Below, one piece after another: positions 38,527 to 49,795 of a DNA stretch of 64,000 nt. Both the position numbers and the translations under genes were made by a program. The notes below the pieces were generated by a model that saw only the letters and a list, made by a program, of their open reading frames with translations, was not told the origin of the DNA and made no database searches. Location: positions 1-64,000 of the forward strand of contig CATNEN010000006.1 in assembly GCA_950097015.1 (NCBI GenBank), read 5' to 3'. The DNA is from Macrostomum hystrix (lineage: Eukaryota > Animalia > Platyhelminthes). Numbering within the stretch: position 1 is the stretch's first letter; each line of letters opens with the position of its first letter.

Positions 38527-40217
38527 CTAGTGCGGCTCGCAGCACACGAGGCCGCCGGCTGCTGTCAGCTCAAACTTGCGCAGCTCATCGGCGGCGAAGA
38601 CCGGCAGTCGGCCGGCGGCAGCCTTGCGAGCTTCGTCCAGCAGCTGTTGAACCCCGGCCGAGTCCAGCAGCGGACTGAAATGTGTCAGCACTAGGCTTCG
38701 GGCGCCAACGCGTAGGGCAAATTCAACAGCCATGGCCGGAGTGGAATGCCCGCTGGCTACGCAGGACTCGCGCCGCGCATCGCAGACTGTGGCCTCGTGG
38801 ACCAGGCAGTCGACGCCGCGGCAGAGCGCCTCGGCCTGGCTTGAGTCGCAGGTATCGCCCAGTACGGCCAAACTGGGCCGCCGCCACTGCTCTTCGTCAT
38901 TCCCATCGACGTCGGCTACGTCAGGCGGCAGGATTCTATAGCCAACGCAGGGAATGCGATGGCACAGTGCGGCTGCGGTCAGACGATCGCTGACTCGCCA
39001 GTTGCCTCCGGGTTCGGGCGGAGAGCGTAGGATCTGGAATGGGTGGGAGAAAGGAAATTAAGGAGAAAAACAAACCAAGGATCTGTGGGTCTGAAGTGTA
39101 GGAGAACCAACCTGAGGGTCTGAAGTGTAGGAGAACCAACCTGAGGGTCTGAAGTGTAGGAGGAGAACCAACCTGAGGGTCTGAAGTGTAGGAGAACCAA
39201 CCTGAGGGTCTGAAGTGTAGGAGAACCAACCTGAGGGTCTGAAGTGTAGGAGGAGAACCAACCTGAGGGTCTGAAGTGTAGGAGAACCAACCTGAGGGTC
39301 TGAAGTGTAGGAGAACCAACCTGAGGGTCTGAAGTGTAGGAGAACCACCTGAGGGTCTGAAGTGTAGGAGAACCAACCTGAGGGTCTGAAGTGTAGGAGG
39401 AGAACCAACCTGAGGGTCTGAAGTGTAGGAGAACCAACCTGAGGGTCTGAAGTGTAGGAGGAGAACCAACCTGAGGGTCTGAAGTGTAGGAGAACCAACC
39501 TGAGGGTCTGAAGTGTAGGAGAACCAACCTCAGGGTCTGAAGTGTAGGAGAACCAACCTGAGGGTCTGAAGTGTAGGAGAACCAACCTCAGGGTCTGAAG
39601 TGTAGGAGAACCAACCTGAGGGTCTGAAGTGTAGGAGAACCAACCTGAGGGTCTGAAGTGTAGGAGAACCAACCTAATGGGTCTGAAGTGTAGGAGAACC
39701 AACCTGAGGGTCTGAAGTGTAGGAGAAGTACAATACTAACAGGTTCGACCACGTCCTCATACGGCAATCTTGGAAACTCCGGCGCCCCCTCAATGGTGGC
39801 CTCCAGCTCGGCGGCTGCCTCCGTCGATGCCGGCATTAGTGCGGGCACGCCGGCCAGTTCCTGCAGTCGCAGCCGGACGCCGTTGCGAGCGTCGCTCCTG
39901 GCCAAGGCCAGGCTGTTCCGCACCATCTGGCGGATGCCAGACGGGCCGACCACCTCGAGAACGCTCCCAGGCGCGGCACGGCCGGCCACGGTGCTGAGCA
40001 GGCCAGGCAGGCCGTAGGTGTGGTCGCCGTGCAGGTGTGTGACGGCCACCCGGCTCACCCGGCGCCTGTCCAATCCGGAGCGGGCCAGCTGAACCTGGGC
40101 GGATTCGCCGCAGTCTATCAGCCAGATATCGTTGTCGGCATGAAATCGGACGGCTAGACAGGACGTGTGTCGGTGCGGCGCCGGAAATGACGAGCCGCTG
40201 CCAAGGAACACCAGCTC
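38527..40217 (-). CDS. elac1: Short-form RNase Z (ELAC1-like metallo-beta-lactamase); no genomic ATG seen
   Basis: Exons 40217-39741 and 39033-38527. Motifs ELVFLGSG, LIDCGE, THLHGDH, HRIPCVGY, LGDT, LVHEAT, GHST, LVLTHFS. Confidence 0.88.
39087..39725. repeat. 29-bp minisatellite (GGGTCTGAAGTGTAGGAGAACCAACCTGA), ~22 copies, filling the RNase Z intron
   Basis: Direct periodicity. Confidence 0.97.
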
Positions 40218-40849
40218 CTGCAGGTTGCGGGTTCGCGTCGCGATTCGGCTGTTATCTTGCGAATTTTACAAGTTTTTCACTTCTTGAAAGAAAATATTGA
40301 CAGTTTTACTATGAGTAGTGTAAATAAAAAAATTATTTTTATCTTGTTTAAGGTTAAAAAATGTTCAAAGGAAAGCTTAAATTTTGTTCTCTTGAAGTTA
40401 ACAGCCACTATTAGTTTTAACAGATGCTTTACTATCGATGCTTCATTATTTTCATTTTCTGAGACCAGACACTTGTTTTATAAGCAACAGAAAGTAAAAT
40501 AATGCAAAGCAAAAGGAATCAAAATGATAATTCTCCAATCAATCAATAATGTACACAAACTTCTTGGATCAAAGATCAAAGACAAAGACTTTATATTTTT
40601 AACGACACTTTTTAAAGCTACATTTTAGCATCGTCAACTGCAAGTCAAACACGATCAAAGATATTCTGACCACAAAATGAATTGAAATGCATAGCAACAA
40701 AAGTACAGTAACAAAAGTACTTTTATCCCGTTAGTGTAATTCAGTTACAGTTACAAAGTAACTGTCAGGTTAGTAGCGAAAAGCAACGATAAGAATCCCA
40801 GCTTTTTAATCCGTTTAATTTTTCGTGCCAAAGAAGACAGTCAGCGTCT

Positions 40850-43305
40850 CTACTCGTCCACGCCTCGTACGTGTCTATCTCTCTCTGGCACAAACGGCTC
40901 CCTGGTCGCGCCGCCGCGATGCTCTCTCCTGTTGACCTCCTTCCGCCTCTGCTTGCCCCTGATAGCTTTCATCTCTAGTTGGGCCTGGTACAGCCGCTTC
41001 GGCAGGTGCCGGTGCTGCACAATGCGCCTAACCATCGGATGATTGGCGAACTTCCGCTTCAAAGCCTCGGCCGTGTTGGCAGCAGCCCGCTCTCTGGGTG
41101 TCACGGCGCCCAGTTTCTCAGATGCGCGCGCCTTCCATAGCCGCAAATTGAAATCGGCGCTGGCTGTTACAATGAAACGCGAGTCAAGGCTATAGCGAGC
41201 AGCGAATGCGCGGTACATGCGCTTAGTGTGGTAGACGTCGCGAGATTGGCTGCGGCCCGACTGCCACAGGCGCACTGTGCAGTCGTAGCTAGCTGAGACT
41301 AACTCCCGGCCAGTTGGGGAATAGTCCACATCCATGGCCGCGTTGGTGTGGCCGCGATAAACGCAGGCCGGCGAGGTCAGATGGCGAGCGTCCCAGGCGT
41401 ACAGATTGTAATCGTCTGACGCTGTGGCTAGCACGAAAGGCTCCTGGAAGCGGAGGAATTTGGAGAAAATAAGGAGGAATAGAGCTGGGACTCAAATGGA
41501 TGGTATACTTTATCCTTTTTGGGATCGAAGCTGGTGCTTTTGAAGATAATTTTTTATCAAACTGGATTCTAATAAGGCAATTTTAAAAAAAGGAGGGTTT
41601 TGGTAGGAAGTAGAAATGGTATTTTCACTTTAGCTGGGACTGTTGAGGAGATTGGGACAGGAACTGGGACTGTTGAGGAGATTGGGACAGGAACTGGGAC
41701 TGTTGAGGAGATTGGGACAGGAACTGGGACTGTTGAGGAGATTGGGACAGGAACTGGGACTGTTGAGGAGATTGGGACAGGAACTGGGACTGTTGAGGAG
41801 ATTGGGACAGGAACTGGGACTGTTGAGGAGATTGGGACAGGAACTGGGACTGTTGAGAAGATTGGGGCAGGAACTGGGACTGTTGAGGAGATTGGGACAG
41901 GAACTGGGACTGTTGAGGAGATTGGGACAGGAACTGGGACTGTTGAGAAGATTGGGACAGGAACTGGGACTGTTGAAGGGCAAATACTTCAGAGGTGAGT
42001 CTCAGTTACCTGAGGATTCCAACAGACGGCATTCTGCCGAAACTCGCATCTCACTCGGCGCAATGGCTCCCTCTGCCTGCTGTCAATTAGCAGTAGGGCG
42101 TTGTCCTTAGTTACGGCCGCCAACAGGTGCCACTCGGTGGGATTGAAGCGCGCCTGCAGCACGGAGTCCGAGCCCCAGCGCCACTGACCAACAGGGTCGG
42201 AGCGGCGGCTGTCGTACAAGTAGACTGCGTCGCCAGACAGAGCGAACAGATCCTTGCTGACGTGATGGTCCAGATTTAGCGGCGCAAAGTCTAGCAGGCG
42301 CTGGCTAACCGGCCGACTAAATTCTGCCAGATCGTCGGCAAACGCGCCAGGCTTTCAGGGTGCGATCAGTGTCGCAGCAGGAGTAGAACAGGTCCTGCTC
42401 CGGATGCCAGCAGAGACCCTGGCGAGCGATATTGTGGCGAATAAGACTGTAGTAAGCTTGAGAACTTAGGCACTGCTGACTGGCTATGCTGGATGTTAAA
42501 GCAAACATCTTTATCTAACACTAAGGTCAGGGTTCGATTCCCGACTCAACTGGAACAATTTTGCCACTTCAGTAATAAGATTAACTAAACTTAGCTTTGA
42601 TTAAGTTCAACCAGCTGTTAAATGGGTACCAGCATTAGCTGTGATAATTTAGGTTGGGTGTGGCATTCCCAGTCTATGGACTGAACAGCCGTACGCAGCC
42701 TTCAGATGCGCCGCGCAATAGCTGCTGTCGGCTGCACATCTGGACCCAACTAGGGCAGGTGTAATCAAATATTGTTTATTTATTTTTGCATTAGACACAT
42801 ATCAGATGGTGTTAGACACGGATGTTAGATGAAGGCGTAAGACACGGATGTTAGACATGGATGTTAGATGAAGATGTTTGGACATGAATGTTAGATGAAG
42901 GTGTTAGATACGGATGTCAGCAGCCTTGTAAGACGCGTTGGTTAGTTACCAAAGGCAAACATGTACCTGAACACATCCGGAGTGGGCCTCTAGTTGCAGT
43001 ACGCGACTCCGCTTCGGGATGTTCCAAAAAGCGACGCGACCATCGACGCATCCGCTTAGGCAGAGGCTTAGCGCCCGCGGATGCATGCAGATTCGGCTGA
43101 GCTGGTCACCCTGATCACCGAAGCAGCCTAGGAAGGGCTTGGCAAACACTCGCTCCAGCTTGGCGGCATTCAGGGCGCGAATGTACTCAGTCTCGGCTGA
43201 CATTGGATGGAGTTCTGGCGCCGGATTGCGGGCAACCTTGTAAATGTCGTCCGCTGTCTCGCGCTGATAATCCAGTGGATTTCGCAACAACAGCTTCACC
43301 TTCAT
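40850..43305 (-). CDS. dcaf13: DDB1- and CUL4-associated factor 13 / Sof1 (WD40, SSU processome)
   Basis: N-terminus MKVKLLLRNPLDYQRET, EYIRALNAAKLERVFAKPF, NPQ|EPFVLATASDDYNLY, YHTKRM, RIVQHRHLPK. Exons 43305-42967, 42418-42010, 41443-40850. One +1 frameshift near 42335. Confidence 0.94.
41633..41978. repeat. 30-bp minisatellite (AGGAACTGGGACTGTTGAGGAGATTGGGAC), ~11 copies, DCAF13 intron
   Basis: Near-perfect periodicity. Confidence 0.97.
42525..42775 (+). mobile_element. SINE family B (CORE-like), 5'-truncated, in DCAF13 intron 1
   Basis: GGTTCGATTCC B box, CAGCTGTTAAATGGGTACC, and GGACTGAACAGCCGTACGCAGCC shared with the 49489 copy. Confidence 0.82.
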
Positions 43306-46011
43306 TTTTCTGCCTCTGAATTAGTTTTTTACAACTTTGAGAGGCTCGAACTAGCGAGTTTATTTGGCTGTGAAAAAATAATGTAGCAGTAGGTAGAACT
43401 TTGAACTTGAGAGGGGCGAGGGCTTTCTTTATTTGTTGCTTTTATTAAATGTTGATAATAATGATAACTGAAAACTTGCACATATTTTTCAATCCCTGTT
43501 CAGCAGTCCTTGAGGACAAGTTTACTTTGCTTAGTCATCACTCTAGGACATAGGATTCTTGAATCTAAAAAAACTGGGTATAAAGCTGGTCAACTACTTT
43601 TTGGGTAATTTAGTAAAACAGCAACATTTAGGTCCATGTTAGTTTTTTGGAACTTTTACTATCGACATAGCTCTGTTTATAATAGAAAAAAAAGAATTAA
43701 TATATTTAATATACATAGTATGCATTAAATAAATGACTAGAAATAGGTATAACCCATCGTATAACTATATTAAATTGCTTCTTAATAAAAATGTATGTAA
43801 TAATAATAATAATAATAGCTGTAGGAGGGCTGAGGGTAATGGCACATCATTTGGTGACACTAGACTTGCAGCAAGCAAGGAGGCAATTCTGCCTCACTGT
43901 GTGCTCACTCCTGAGCACACATGCACACAGATACTGTAAGCAGGCACTTACTCAATCATCTGCCCTGACGTTCTCATCTTCAGGCCATGTACACTTCACT
44001 GTGCCTTGGGAAGTTGGGCCTAAAGGGAATAAATTACACAAGCCCCCAAGCCTTCTCTCCATGGGCACAACCCATGGTCTCAATGTGGATTGTGGCCTTA
44101 CTGTGGAATAAAGCTCAGGCATATTGGTGCTAGAGGCAGACACTGCTTTGCCACCCATCCCTAATATATGTATGTAAATACAAAATAAATTATTTATATA
44201 TCTATATATAATATATGGATATATACTTTTGTCAACCAACAACACTAGAAACTAGGAATAGAAAATAGGAAACTTAAGTCTTAAGATAATCAGTCTAACC
44301 TAAGATATTAGTACAGAAGGTAGCATAATAAGTATGACCAACAATAGACTTCAATATTCAAATTAATTAGGTATGATTATCTGTTTTGAATTAGCACATT
44401 TGTTAATTATAGAATTTCATTACACAATACATAAAAAATTATCTGTTACTGTAGGCCTAGCATGTAGAAACTATATTTTAGGCCTACTTAAACTAAAGAA
44501 ATAAAAAGCTGCCTAAAATACCTTTGTTTGGAATAAGAAAAAAATGTGTCCTAATTTGTTAAAAAACAAAAAAATGAATATAAGCAAATCCTCATTTGAA
44601 CAAATATATTAGGTCTAAAAACATAAATCATAAATTAAGGTTAATAAATCTAGGTCCATTACCCATAATATTAGCAGTCAGTGAAAAATCATATAAATTT
44701 GATACAGATAGGTTTGTCAATTAGGTCCTGATAGATTGATAGATTTAAAAGAAGTTGTTTAAGACAATATCGGTCTTATAGAGAAGAAAAAACTCAGGCA
44801 GAGTATTTCTTATGGTACATTCACCCAGATGACGATCTGTCCAATATCTCAGAGGGTGGATGATGAAGAGACTTAGACTGGTGGACACTTTGTTATCTAT
44901 AAAACAAAAGTTCTCAAAGTTAGAACAGAACCACCCCTCCTCACCTCCTCACATTGTGTTGGCACCTATCTTTCAACTGTTATAATGAAATCAGTTCTGA
45001 CACCTCTTTTGACAATTTAGAGTGTGAAGTGTGTTCACACCTCTGCCCCACCACCCCACCCTTACTTTATTGATGACAAACTTGATTGCTTCTTATTAGT
45101 AGATGACAAACTGACCAAACTTTAAAGCATGCCAATTGGCTGGATGACGAAGTGTCCTACCTTCCAAGTGGATAACGAAGTTGTAAGATGACGGAGTGTT
45201 AATATTTAGTTGGCGATATGTTACTTTGTTTTGCATAGGGGCCTACTTATTTTTCTTTTCAAAATTGCACATTCTTATTATGGAATATTAGAAAACAATA
45301 AAATAAACAAAGAACAACAAATAGCAATGAGTGAAAATGGTCATTTGGTCAGTCACTTCAGAAGAAAATCATAGTAGATAGTAATGAGCCACCCAGTAGA
45401 AAATGGCTCTGAACTGGTTCTTTGGATGAGCAACCTGGTCTCTTGTCTTGTTCTCCAGGGACCAAAAGTAGGTGAGCTCCACTATCTTGACCAGTAGTAA
45501 GTGGATCGAAGAAGAAACCCCATTAGATAGAATGTTGGTTCCAACAATTGTGGCTGTCCTATGTGTTCCCATCAATGTATTTGTCACCTAGTGAGCCTGC
45601 AGACACATGTCTGTTCCACAGCAGTTGCAGGTATATTGATTTCAAAAGGTGAATGTTGACATTGACAAATCCAGTAAGTCTGCTGCAACTTGTACCTCAT
45701 TTGGTGGCACAATCCAAGATGCGGCAGCTGGCTAACCAGCCATGGCATAGAAATATTGACAGTTAGGAGAATCAAGATGCACTTCAATATTTTGTCCCCA
45801 GTCATCCTCAGTCCCAGCACAGAAAGCCTGCATATGTCTATTGTCTATGGTACTTATTCCCCCAAATCTACATCAGCACTTAAAACCTTGCAAAGCTATA
45901 TCAGCATATGTCTGTGACCCTTGCCATGTCATATTACACATCACTGTGGTCATGTGAGTTCAAATCAGTTTGAAAAATATTTAGGTGAAAATGAAACTAA
46001 GTAAAACAATG

Positions 46012-46526
46012 GGCAAACTCCTAGTTTGTTGTGTTAAACTATTTTACAACCTATCTTCACATTTCACATTGTCCCAAACCGTACTGCCGCGACACTGCTG
46101 CCAGTCATTCAGCAGTATGTCCTTCCAGGGACACGCATAATAACTGATGGCTCGGAGGCCTACAATGGGCTACAGAATCATGTGTCAATAAATCACTGCC
46201 TGCACTTCGTGGACCCCAATGATCCCACCCTGCACACTAATACCATTGAGGGATTGTGGGCACAAGTGAAGGACAAGTTCCGGAGAAAGCGTGGGTGGCA
46301 CAAGTGACACACTATTCGAGACTCACCTGAACGAGTATCTCTGGCACCACCTGTTCCCAGAGAAGACCTTTGGCAACTTCCTCTACTTTTGCTCATTACT
46401 ATTGATTGTTGACTACATCCTTTTCAAGCTTTTAACTCTGTCATTTTAAATTCCACGCGTGCCATTTTAACTTTTAAAAGGTTTTAAGTGTAAAAATAAT
46501 GTAACGCAACAAACTAGGAGTTTGCC
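46012..46526 (+). mobile_element. Merlin (IS1016-like) non-autonomous DNA transposon
   Basis: 25-bp TIRs GGCAAACTCCTAGTTTGTTG(T/C)GTTA match at 24/25. 8-bp TSD AAACAATG / AAACATTG matches at 7/8. The internal frame reads VPNRTAATLLPVIQQYVLPGTRIITDG...NHCLHFVDP...HTNTIEGLWAQVK, an ISXO2/Merlin transposase C-terminus. Confidence 0.9.
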
Positions 46527-48219
46527 AAACATTGCCCTTTAGAGACAAGTAAACAACACTGTTTTCATATACTATTGGATGCAATAGCTAATATTCGTAT
46601 GGGTCTAATATGATAATGATAATTAATTGGGTGGCTCTGCCACAACAAACAAGACAGGACTGACTGATACTGTGATAGGTGGACTCAAGTTGAGACTCAA
46701 CGGCTTCATGCATGCATAGCTAGTATTTAGTATAGTTTTAGATTTAGATCCAGGGCACGTATAAGTATCTATATATGTGGCGCACATGTATGCTTGATTT
46801 CTAAGTATGATATACATTTTTAATTAAAGATGCATAATACGTTGTATTTGTACATGTACTTGGAAGTTGGTTGAAGTGCACGACACGATCACGAGGGCGA
46901 AAAATTATGCAATGAGCGGCGATTGAATCGGCGCGAAAAGTTTATACATGGTCGAGACGCATAATTTACTGAACTTGCGTGTAACTGTTAGAAGTTTAAA
47001 CATTGTTAACATCGTTAAGCTCTTCCTTACTGCTTTTTTGCGAAATTGATGAAGTGCACTACGAAAGAACGAGCCAATACGTTTTGTAGCCACTTTCTGA
47101 CGAGGGTATTTTTAAGACATGTGTCGTAAATGCAATCAGAGAGTACAAAAAGTTGCAAAGATGTCTACATATACGCATAAACATGTACTCAAAGGTTCTT
47201 TAAAATATGTACTTTAAAGTTCGCAAAATTGCAAAAATGCATAGAACAGGACCAAGGCATCCTAAATGAAAAATTGAGGCTAAAAAGTTGATTGATCAAT
47301 TAATTAACTGACAAGTGAATCTAGGTACGCTTTTTTAATTCAAAGAAAAAATCGGAGTAGAATTTCGCCCAGGAGAATGTAGTCCGTAATCCGAGCATGT
47401 AGAGTGTTTCCAGCTCGCAGGGCTGTATCTTCTTAGTATATATTCGTCGAAACAAAATAGAGAAGTTAACTTAAATTGAGTGGGCAATATTCTAAAGTTA
47501 TTGTTCGCTTGTTCACACGCGTAGCCTTAGCAACCTCAAAGGTTAGAAGATTGACTGAAAAAAGTTTATAATTTTTCTATTTTTATTCATTATTGAAATA
47601 CGAACAACTCAAAGCAGACTGAGCACAATTAAACAAGCAGCATTCTCTTTAGTTTCAAAGCCACTATATGCACTTTTATTTTAATTAAGATCGGCAAGTT
47701 GCCGCTCCCAATTACTTGGTCATGAGCGTACATTTTCAGCTATTTGAAATTCAGCTAATTTTAATTTCGTAGTAGATACTGTATGCAACAATTCTTTGTT
47801 TAATACAACAACTTAATTGTTATACAGATGTCGGCCTTCCTTGTTGCATGATAGCTGGTGTAGCTGCGTGCATGAGAAAAACTCCCAAACCATCGGGATG
47901 CCCAAGCAGACGTGCGCTGTCTCACAATTGCGGCCTTAGTTGTCATAGTAACGCGACAGCGAAGTATCCTTGACAGACAATGGAATAACTTTGCGTCCCA
48001 ATACAGGATTTAGACCGCGAACAGAATTGGAGTGGGCCATACAAGTATACTCAAGCTGCTATAGAAGTTGTCAGAATTGCAGGGTCCTAGACTGAATTCA
48101 ATTCTTTCGGATGAGTCAATAGTTTGACTTTCTGATTGGAAAAAAAACACCTGTACAAGTTGACAGCTAGAGAAGGATTTAGTTGCAAAACAAAACAACA
48201 CAACCAGGAAGTCGCCGAC

Positions 48220-48783
48220 ATGAACTACTCCACAAGGTACTTTTAGGGCTGGGTTTTGTGTAGCTTCATTTGGCAGAGAATCTTATAGTGATTTACGTTT
48301 TTAAGTTTGGAACCATAATCTCGTTTTCAAATGAATCACAAGGCCAATGAAAAAGCGATTAAGTTTTTTTTGCGAGATCGTTTTTATCATCACCGCAGAT
48401 TCGGGCAGCTCAGCAGCAACCGCAGTCATGGTGCTGCAGTCAAGGCACGCGGCGATTCCGGCGGTGAGACGCACTGGCCCGAGTCCTGGCTGCAGCGGAG
48501 CCCCCAGGAGGCCGCGGGTCTCGCGGACCTCCTGGGGCCGAATCGATCAGAGTACACAGATCGCTTCCGGCCGCTTCCTCCTAGGGCTCAGAAAACTACT
48601 GGCGACTTCGTGATTAACCCGACACCTGAGTTTAATGGATCAGCGGATAACGGAAAGTCCGCGACTCAGGATACCTCCCTGCCACTGGCCTCCGAGTATG
48701 GCACCAGGTACATGTGGCCTGACGGACGACACCTGCCGCCTACTCCGTGGACTAAGCCGAGCTCTGGTTCAAGAACCAACTGA
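48220..48783 (+). CDS. Small (~134 aa) uncharacterised protein with two SEY motifs
   Basis: Exon 48220-48236 (ATG...AG|gtac) splices in phase to 48399-48783. GC-rich coding-like island containing SEYTDRF and SEYGTRY. Confidence 0.6.
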
Positions 48784-49488
48784 ATACAGATGACTAAAGT
48801 CTGCTTTTGCAATAAACAAAATAACTACAATTACTTGATGAGTTAATACACTAGCTGTGTGTAAAGCCTAGGTTTATCTACCAAGAACATAAAAGCACAT
48901 CTTGAAAACTACCAATAATAGCTTCAGCAGTTAATAGTTCCTTAAATAAAAGAATAATTTAAACTGGTACATTGCTTTGAATATGCAATCCTATAGCAAT
49001 TTCACGTTTGCGCTTCTAGATCACGCAGCGTAATTCTATGTTGAGAAAAATGAGAGCCTGAAATGAAATAGAATGAGAAGATAAACTGGCATTGAAAAGC
49101 ACCCACGTCTTTCAGTTTTCCGAAAGAAATCTCATCCATCTAGACTTTGTTTGCACTGCAAGGGTTGCGGCTCTGAAAGACTTTGTTTTGCTGACTTTGC
49201 CTTTCGGCAGCAGAAATGTCCCGTAGGTTAGCTTTCAGCTGCTCAATTGTTAATATCAACTGTCTTTACTTGAAAACAGGGTGCGATTAACAGACAAGAT
49301 AGAAATTGCATCTGTTGGGCCAGCCACAAAATCGCTCGGCGCTTCTAAATGTTGTGTACAACAATTCAGTCTATGGACAGGGAGCGCCACGCCACCCAAA
49401 TTTCTGCCCATTTCACTGCTGGGTCAACTGAAGCAGTTGGAAGTCCGTGGGTCAAAGCCACTGGTACTAGAAGTTACACTGTACAACA

Positions 49489-49795
49489 GGGGTTGTAGCC
49501 TAGTGGTTAGAGCGTCGGACTCTCGACTTGAAGGTCGGGGGTTCGACTCCTGACTCCACTGGAATTTATATTCTCCAGCAAGGCACTTAACTCTGGATTG
49601 CTTCAGTTCACGCAGCCGTTAAATGGGTTCCAGGACTAGCTGGGGCAATTCAGGGTGGGTGTGGCGTCCCCCCCAGTCCATGGACTGAACAGCCGTACGC
49701 AGCCCTCATATGCGACTCGCAATAGATGCGGCTGTGCTGTCGGCTGCACATCTGGCCCATTTGGGGCCAGGTGTAATCGATTACTAGGATTATTA
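49489..49795 (+). mobile_element. SINE family B, full length: tRNA-like head, CORE-like domain, 3' body
   Basis: Head GGGGTTGTAGCCTAGTGGTTAGAGC...GGTTCGACTCC, then CAAGGCACTTAACTCT...CAGCCGTTAAATGGGT. Other copies at 42525, 54500 and 57430. Confidence 0.88.

Noticed and set aside
3076-39725. Shared TGAAG core among several minisatellite units
   Set aside because: A 5-mer in 4 of 12 units, on either strand, is not distinguishable from chance without a genome-wide test.
44760-45950. Decayed coding-like sequence left of the Merlin element
   Set aside because: Stops in all frames and no recognisable motif.
49489-49560. Functional tRNA gene
   Set aside because: The acceptor stem pairs poorly, there is no Pol III terminator after it, and it continues into a body shared with other dispersed copies, so it is a SINE head. 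The same applies to 2267, 35526 and 60838.
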